DNA of 64,000 nucleotides from Thecamonas trahens ATCC 50062 (taxonomy: Eukaryota; Protista; Apusomonadida), in assembly GCF_000142905.1 (NCBI RefSeq), contig NW_013657637.1, forward strand, positions 186,001 through 250,000, in the 5' to 3' direction. This document shows positions 56,401 to 64,000 of the stretch, in pieces (the first letter of the stretch is position 1; every line of letters starts with the position of its first letter). A program made the translations under genes and the position numbers. The notes under the pieces were generated by a model, which saw only the letters and a program-made list of their open reading frames with translations, made no database searches and was not told the DNA's origin.

Positions 56401-57372
56401 TACCAGCTTTTCACCATGGACCGCATTCTCACACAAATGACCAAGATGATCAACTCGGTCGTTGGCGACGATCTCTGCGCGCGGCTCATGGCGCTGTACA
56501 ACTACGAGAACGGGCGGACCCGGAACACCGACTCGTCGTACCGCGTCTCGGCCCTGCTCATGATGCCCGAGATGACCACGTTCAGGCTCAAGGTCTCGCA
56601 GTACGCCCGCGGCTCGCGCTCGCTCCTGGTCTGGGTCATTCCAGAAGACTCGCCTGGCACCATGCCGGTCTTCTCGTCGTCGCCCGCCTCGCCGCCCGAG
56701 GCCTCGGCCATGCTCGCCAAGTGGTCCGAGTACATGCGGACCTTTATCCAGCCGACAGTCAACCCGCACATCGACGTCCGCGCCCACAACATCTTCCTCC
56801 CGCGCAACCTGGTCACCTCGCGCTCGCTCGACGACCCTGAGCTCGTCATCCAGCACGGTCTTGCCGCTAAGATCGACTTTGACTCGTACAAAATGGTCTA
56901 CCTCTGCGGAACCGAGGACTGGCTCTACCGCCGCGGCGCGCTCGCCGCCGCCGTCCCGCGGTTCAACTCGTCGCCCAACAACTGGTGGGCCAAGCTGCAC
57001 ACGCCCGACCCGGCCCGGCCTGACCCGCCTGTCCTCGACCGCACCAACATCAAGCCCGAGTACGTCGACTCGGACGACGACGACGTCGTCTCCGACTCCA
57101 ACACCAACGCCAGCAACAACGAGACCAAGCCGGTCGTCACGTCCGTCTCCGTTCCGGTCAAGGCGCCTGCCTCGGTGCCGGGCCAGCCACCACCGGCCGT
57201 CCCCGCTCCCACTGGCGATGCCGTCCCGACATCGGCGGTCACCGGGGCTGTGCCTGTCCCTCCCGCGCCTGTCGCCGCTGTTACTACAGCCGCGCCTGCA
57301 CCTGAACATGTGCCCGTGCCCGCTGCCGCCGCACCCGCGCCCCCTGCCGTCGTGCCGATGGATACCGAATGA
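53428..57372 (+). CDS. SIN3: Sin3 transcriptional co-repressor (3 PAH, HDAC-interacting and C-terminal domains); intron 55213-55584 spans a gap
   Basis: PAH1 KVEDALLYLEQVK..FLDIMKDFK..IDTPGVI..LIFGFNTFLPPGY; GPSYRALP..CSGRD..VLNDTWV; KNEFEERLFLCEEERYELD; YRRSLDYR; in-frame splice EK|QDQL. Confidence 0.95.
55245..55516. other. Assembly gap (N)
   Basis: Run of N. Confidence 1.
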
Positions 57373-57920
57373 ACGCAACCAACCCCAACCCCCCCCCCCC
57401 CCTGTGTTGCAGCCAAAGGTGGCCTCTGCTGCCATTTTTTTGCGTGCGGTCGGTGCGACCGACGTTTGGCTGGTATCGACCACCAAGCATGCCAGAGACC
57501 AACTGTTGCGGCCACTACACTTCCAAGCACACCAGCATGTACGGCCTTTACCCCCCTCCCCTTCCCCCTCTCCCCCCTACCCACCCTCCTATACCTCCTC
57601 CTCCCTCTTCCCCCTAACCCTGTTTTCTCGCCCCTCCGTCTTCTCTGTCCTCGCTCCCTCCCCCCCCTGTACATCCCCCCCTCTCTTGTGGCCGCCTCTG
57701 TCCAGGCGTTTTCCCAAGAAAGCCAACGTTGGGCCAATCGTCGCTACCTCAATGGCAACTGTTCCCAACAACTTGCATGCGTTCCGAACTACCACCTTGA
57801 CACGCCCTCCCCCACCCCCCACCCCCCCACCCCCCGCCCTCCCCCTCCCTCCCGCTGCCTCCCTCCAACCCTACCTCCCTTCGACTCTACGTCCTTCCAT
57901 CCCTCCCCCTGAATACGGAA

Positions 57921-58020
57921 NNNNNNNNNNNNNNNNNNNNNNNNNNNNNNNNNNNNNNNNNNNNNNNNNNNNNNNNNNNNNNNNNNNNNNNNNNNNNNNN
58001 NNNNNNNNNNNNNNNNNNNN
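57921..58020. other. Assembly gap (N)
   Basis: Run of N. Confidence 1.
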
Positions 58021-58283
58021 CCTCCTCCCCCATAGGCCATCCCCCCCCCCCCCCCCCCCCTTTTGGCCACCAGCCACGATCACGGGCTTGGCCACGACCT
58101 GTTCCTTTTTTTGGCGAGCCTTTCCCCCCTTCCCTCTCCTTTTTCACCGCTTCATCAGCAAAGCCAGATCCGCAACGCACACGCAGCAACTCACAGACGT
58201 ACACACAAACAAACACACACCTGTGCTTGCTTGCTTGGATGTGTTCCCCTTGTGTACATCATCCATTGCATCGGCTTGTGGCC

Positions 58284-61200
58284 ATGGCTGGCGCAACGAC
58301 AACAGGTCGGCCAATCAGGTTGTACTCAAGGTGCGTGTGGCCAAGACCGGGGCGGTCAAGTCGATGCCGTTCAACCCGAGTATGTCAACAGGCGAGGTCT
58401 GCCGCGAGATCCGCGATCGCGTGGGCGAGGGCGGGTCGGATCATGGCCTGTTCAAGGTCGGCGACGACTACTCTGTGGGCAAGTGGCTGGAGAACAACAA
58501 GACGCTCAACTACTACGAACTCCGGTCCGGCGACCTCGTGGAGTTCAAGAAGAAGCACCGGCCGCTGCGTGTGCAGACGGTGGATGGCGCAGTGAAGACG
58601 GTGCTTGTGGACGACTCGATGATTGTGTCGGACATGGTGGCGATCATTGCGGCGCGGGTGGGCATTGCCAACGCTGAGGAGTTTTCTCTCAAGAAGGTCG
58701 ACTCGGCCGACAACGAGTGGCTCAACCCCGGGCAGACGCTCCGCGACCAGGGCCTGGAGGAGACGGATCCTGTGCTGCTTAAGCAGCGGTTCCACTACTC
58801 TGACCAGAACGTGGACACGTCGAACCCTGTGCAGCTCAACCTGCTGTATGAGCAGTCGCGCGAGGCCATTCTCACCGGCAAGTACCCGTGCACACAGGCT
58901 GAGGCCATCCAGTTTGCCTCGCTCCTCTGCCAGGTCACGCTCCACGACCACAACCCGGCCAAGCACAAGCCGGGCTCGCTGGATCTCAAGAACTACGTTC
59001 CCGGCGAGTATGTCAAGGCCAAGAAGATCGACAAGACCATTCTCTCGGAGCACCGCAAGCTCATCGGCATGTCGGAGCTCAACGCCAAGTTCCGGTTTGT
59101 CCAGCTCTGCCGCTCGCTCAAGACGTACGGTGTCACCTTTTTCCACGTCCGCGAGCAGGTGAGCCAGGGCAAGAAGAAGAAGAAGCTTGTGGATCGGCTG
59201 CTGGGCATCACCCGCGAGAAGATCATCCGGATGGACGCGCAGACCAAGGAGGTGGTCAAGTCGTACCCGCTTGCGCACCTTAAGCGGTGGGCGGCGTCGA
59301 CCAACTCGTTTACCTTTGACTTTGGCGACTACGAGGGCTCCTACTACTCGGTGCAGACCTCCGAGGGCGAGGCAATGTCGCAGGTCATTTCGGGCTACAT
59401 TGACATTATTCTCAAGAAGAAGAAGCAGGCCGGCCGGTACGTCGTCGACGACGACGAGGAGCAGACCGTGGTTGAGGAGGACATTTCTGCCATGAAGGCG
59501 CAGGCTATTTCGCGGACGCCGTCGAACATGCAGTACACGTCGGCTGTCAACCTCTCGCGGGCTGGCATGGTTCAGGGCGGTGCGTCTGGCTACCAGATGT
59601 CATCGGCCGGCGCCCAGTATGGGACTGCCCAGACGCCGCAGTCACAGAACGCGGCTGGCGGGTGGAAGGGCCAGTTTACCCGCGGCTCAGCCGGTGAGCT
59701 CGAGTCGTTTACCACCGGCAACGCCGCGGTGCTCAACGCGTCGGGCCTCGGTGGCCTGCTCAAGGACCTCGAGGGTGCATTTGCCTCGGTCAACGCCGCA
59801 TGCAACGAGCTCGCCATCCCGGTGACCAAGTCGCCGATGGGCGACTCGGATGACCCGATGGCCCGGCAGTGGCGCCAGAAGGCCATGCAGGGCACCCGCC
59901 AGCAGCTCCGCCAGCACACCGACGGCCTCACCGTGGCCACCGCCCAGGTGGTCGGCTCGGCAGTCTGTGCCACGCCCGACCAGTTTGACCCGGACACGCT
60001 CGCGGCGTCGTGCAAGGCGCTCGGCAACCACATGGCCCAGCTGGCGACGTTGGCCCGGACTGCGGCCTCGCTCGTCGACGACGCCGAGTCGGGCCAGCTC
60101 ATGGCGGCCTCGCGCCAGATGGGTGACGCGACCAAGCGACTGGTGGCGGCTGCCAACGGCGCCGCCGGTGGCCTCTCGCAGTCGATTGTCGACCCGAAGC
60201 TCCGCGAAGAGGTCCTCGCCTCGGCCAAGGACATCGGCAAGCTGGTGAACCAGTTGCTCGCGGCGTCGGGCGCGTCCGAGGTCGACGGCGCCGGACAGAC
60301 CAAGATGTTTGAGCGGACGGCGGCAGTGGCGCAAGCCGCGACCAAGCTTGTCAACGACGCCAAGCAAGTCGCCAACGCGCAGTCGACCGACGAAGCGCGC
60401 AAGCTTGTCAACGGCGGCGCCAAGCACGCGTGGACCGCAACGTCGCAGCTGGTGGCGTGCGTCAAGGTCCTCGCCCCCACGGTGGCATCGGCCAAGTCGA
60501 AGCAGCAGCTCGAAAAGTCGGCGGCGCTTGTGCGTTCGGCCGTGGGCGGCATGATCGACAAGGCTGGCGCGGCCGGCGTCGACGCCCAGGACATGTCCAA
60601 GCTCAAGGTGGCGTGCCAGGGTGTGAACCAGGCGCTGCAGCAGCTGCTTGACGCGGCGCGGACCGTTGGCGACCGCCCGGACTTTACCGCGCAGTACGCC
60701 AAGGCCGCGGCAGTCATCTCGGCCGCCTCGCGCAAGCTCGTCAACGCCAACGGCAACCCACAGGAGATCATTGCCGGTGCCAAGGCGGTTGGCCAGGGCT
60801 CGGCGGTCATGATCAAGTTCGGCAAGGCCGAGGCCGGCCACGAGACCGACCCGGGTGTGCAGAAGGCGCTCGTCGACGCCACCCGCCGGCTCGCCGACGC
60901 CACGTCGGCGCTCATGCGGTCGGCCAAGGCTGCGGCGTCGAACCCGTCCGACGGCGCGGCGCAGGACCAGCTTGCCAACGACGCTCGCGAGCTGGACATC
61001 CAGGCGCAGGACATGCTCGCCAACTCGCAGCAGCGGCTTGCTATGCGCAACCTCGCCGAGGCGACGCAGGAGGCCATCTCCAAGACCGCTGCGCTCATCC
61101 AGGCGTCCAAGCCTGCGGCGTCGGCCAACTCGAACGCGGCCGCCGCCAACGGGCTCATCGACAGCGCGCGGCAGACGGCTGAGAAGGTGACCGGCCTCGT

Positions 61201-64000
61201 CAACGCGCTCAAGGCACACCAGGCCTCGCCGGACAACTCGACCATGCAGGGCAAGCTGGTGACGGCGGCCAAGGTGTCGTGCCCGGCGGTCGCCGGCCTT
61301 GTCAACGCTTCCAAGCAGGCCGCGCCGTCGGTGACCGATCCCACGGCGCAGCAGAACCTGGCGTCGTCGGCCAAGGGCTGCGCCATGGCCATGCAGAAGC
61401 TGCTTGGCGCGCTGAAGGAGGCCAAGTCGCTGCAGGGCGGGCTCGAGTTTGACACTGCCATGGAGCAGTGCAACGCAGCCAAGGAGCAGATGAAGTCGAC
61501 GGCCCAGCGGGCGTCGGCTGGCACCCTTGTCCCCGAGTTTGGCACCACGCCGCAGAGCTCGTACGAGAACTACATGGCCGCCCGCCGTGCGGTCCACAAC
61601 AACCTCGACCAGCTCCTCAAGTCGTCGCAGGAGAAGGACCAGGAGACGGCGGCCATTGCCGCCAAGGACATCGGCTCGGCCATGCGTGGCGTCGGCGCCG
61701 CCGTCGAGGGCGTCGCCGCGACGTCGGACGACCCGACGCTCCCGGGCACCGTCACCGACGCCGGGCAGGACTTTGCCGACAAGGTCATTACGGCGCTTGC
61801 TGCCGCCAAGGCATGCGCCAACGATCCGGAGAACGACGCCAAGGTTGAGCAGCTGCTTCAGGCTGTGGCCACGGCCAAGGGCTCGTCCGAGGCCATGACC
61901 GCTGCCCTTCCGGGCCAGCGCGAGGTCGAGGCCGCCATGACCGCTGTGCGCGCCCACTGCGACCTTGCGCAGCTCCCTGCGCTGCAGGCCGGCGAGAGTC
62001 AGAAGACGTTCCAGGACTCGTTCCTCAAGGCTGCGCGCGCGCTCGCGCAGGCCTGCCAGGGCCTCTGCCGCTCGGTCGAGCGCGGGCCGGACGAGCTGGC
62101 CCAGGCCGCGAACGGGGTGGAGTCGACGACGGCGCGGGTTGTTGCCGCCGCCGGTGGCATGGCCGCAGCGACAGCTGATCCGGAGACCAAGCAGCAGATT
62201 GTCGACACTGTCGGCGAGCTCGGCGAGTCGATCCAGGACCTGCTCGAGGCGTCGCGCGGTGCGGCAGCGGACCCGAACAACGCCGAGTCCAAGTCTGCGA
62301 TCAATGACTCGCACCTTGCAGTGACCGACACGCTCAACGAGCTCTCGTCGCTGTTCCAGGCTGCCGGTCCGGGCCAGAAGGAGTGCGACGAGGCTATGAA
62401 GGCCATCAAGAAGGCTGCTGCCCAGATCGAGGCAGCGGTGGTGCCGTCGTCGATGGCCGGCAAGTCGTACGGCCAGATCCAGGGCGAGCTCAAGGCTGCG
62501 GCCAAGGAGCTTGTGCGCGGGACGGGCCAGCTCATGCAGGCGGCCAAGAAGAACCCAGCGGCCATTCCGACGGCTGCGGATACGCTGACGGGCGCGGTGT
62601 CGACCATTACTGCCGGGTCGTCGGCGGTGGCGCAGGCTGTGGGCGACGGCGGCAAGGTCACCGTCGAGCGGTTCACCATTCCGCAGGAGGCGATCAAGGA
62701 CTCGGTCAACGAGCTCCGCATGGCCAACGGCGAGCCGAAGAAGATCATCGGCGGGTGCACCGGCGTTGCCAAGTCGACGCAGGCCATCATTGCGGCGTCG
62801 AAGCTTGCCTCGCGCCAGGTCGACGACCCGGAGGCGAGCCAGCAGTTTATGGACCTCGCCAAGGCCATTGCCGGCGCGACAGCGGCGACGGTGGGCGCAG
62901 GCAAGGCTGTGGCGCGGTCGAACACGCCCGAGAACAACGCCGAGCTGCTTGCGCAGTCGAACGCGCTTCAGAACTCGGTGGCACAGGTGGTGGCGCTCGC
63001 CGAGGACCACCTCGACCACTCGCAGGTCTCGCCCGAGACCAAGCAGTTGCAGAAGGAGATTCTGGCCAACGGCAAGGAGGTTGCCGGCAACACCTCGCAG
63101 CTGCTCGGCGCGGCGAAGCTCACGGCCATGTCGCCACAGGATGTGCAGTGCAACCAAGACATGCTCGCGTGTGCCAAGAGCCTCTCGGACGCCATCTCGG
63201 ACCTGCTGACGTCGATTGCCGGCGCGGCACCGGGCGCGCAGGAGTGCACCAACGCCATGGACGTGGCGCAGAACTGCATTTCTGAGCTCGACACGGCGGC
63301 CATGTCTGCGTCGGTCGAGGCGCTTGACCGCGAGGAGGGCCAGACGGCCGACGGGTGCTCGGCGGCGCTCGCGACGACGGCATCGGAGCTCTCGACGGCA
63401 GCATCGAAGCTTGCGGCCGCAGCCGCCAGCTCGCCGAACGAGATCGGGCCGGTTGCGTCATCGATTGCCATTTTGCTGCCAGACCTGACGTCGTCGACTG
63501 TCGGCCTCGCGGCGTGTACGGCGGATCCTGTCAAGCAGCAGGCGACTCTGGCGCGCGGCAAGGACGTGTCGGAGGCCATGTACGGCCTGCTGATGACGAC
63601 CAAGGAAGTCGGTGGTGCCGCTGACGACATGGAGGGCCAGATGCGGATCGAGCAGAGCTCCAAGGACGTGTCGAACGCGCTTGCGGCGCTCATGGGCGAT
63701 GTGTCGGGCGAGATGGCGAGCTCGCAGCAGGTCCAGCAGGCGCAGCTTGCGGCCAAGAACGCGAGCTCGGTGCTCAACGGGCCGTACGACACGTCGAAGG
63801 ACTACCGCGCGTTCAACCAGGACATTGTGGACCAGGCGAGGACCATTGCCGGTGCCGTGTCGAAGCTCTCGACGACGGCCAAGATGAACCCGGATGGCGT
63901 GGGCGCGGCTGCGGAGAACATGGCGGCGTCGCTGTCGCCGATGATGGCGGCGGTGAACGGCGCGGCGCAGACAGCGCCGGACGAGGCGACAAAGAACATG
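58284..64000 (+). CDS. TLN: Talin (FERM F0-F3 plus helical rod), 3'-partial
   Basis: Translated by hand in the frame from 58319: VVLKVRVAKTGAVKSMPFNP (F0), KKKHRPLRVQTVDGAVKTVLVDDS (F1), YSDQNVDTSNPVQLNLLYEQSREAILTG (F2), RWAAS..FDFGDY..SGYIDIILKK (F3), then Ala-rich bundles. The frame matches at 64000; no stop in the window explains its absence from the ORF track. The start needs one extra base after ATG 58284 or an upstream exon. Confidence 0.95.

Noticed and set aside
53461-57486. 696 aa and 644 aa minus-strand ORFs
   Set aside because: Antisense to Sin3; one is extended artificially through N's.
59590-63792. Very long minus-strand ORFs (1156, 652, 312 and 274 aa)
   Set aside because: Antisense shadows of the GC-biased talin CDS on the + strand; no recognisable motifs.

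Overview
Gene-dense, GC-rich eukaryotic (protist) DNA with about 23 protein-coding genes, few short spliceosomal introns, poly-C/poly-G tracts and three N gaps. The combination of talin, Sin3, dymeclin, phytochelatin synthase and high GC suggests a unicellular relative of opisthokonts such as the apusomonad Thecamonas (inference only). Recognisable genes: dymeclin, cathepsin L-like protease, phytochelatin synthase, SRP receptor beta, cN-II 5'-nucleotidase, PB1-MAP3K, DUF427 protein, HSD17B10-like SDR, Sin3, and talin (runs off the window end and is absent from the ORF track). The standout is a ~1,400-1,470 aa single-chain RNA repair enzyme (20767-25164, minus) fusing an Rnl1/Trl1-type RNA ligase, a pol-beta nucleotidyltransferase, a HAD phosphatase, a P-loop kinase and a 2H phosphodiesterase. 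Other notable items: cytoskeletal proteins with unusual architectures (SH3 + 2 pseudo-receiver domains + villin headpiece; LIM + CDK-site array + gelsolin repeat; LIM-LIM + FAT-like + DH-PH), an ACTCAC motif upstream of all 9 confidently inferred intron acceptors, a His-rich repeat inside the phytochelatin synthase intron, a spliced prion-like Q/G/F/P protein, two pseudo-enzymes, and at least five frameshifts each repaired by adding one base (probably assembly errors). No rRNA, tRNA, CRISPR or transposon was recognised. All domain calls are by eye from motifs; no searches were run.
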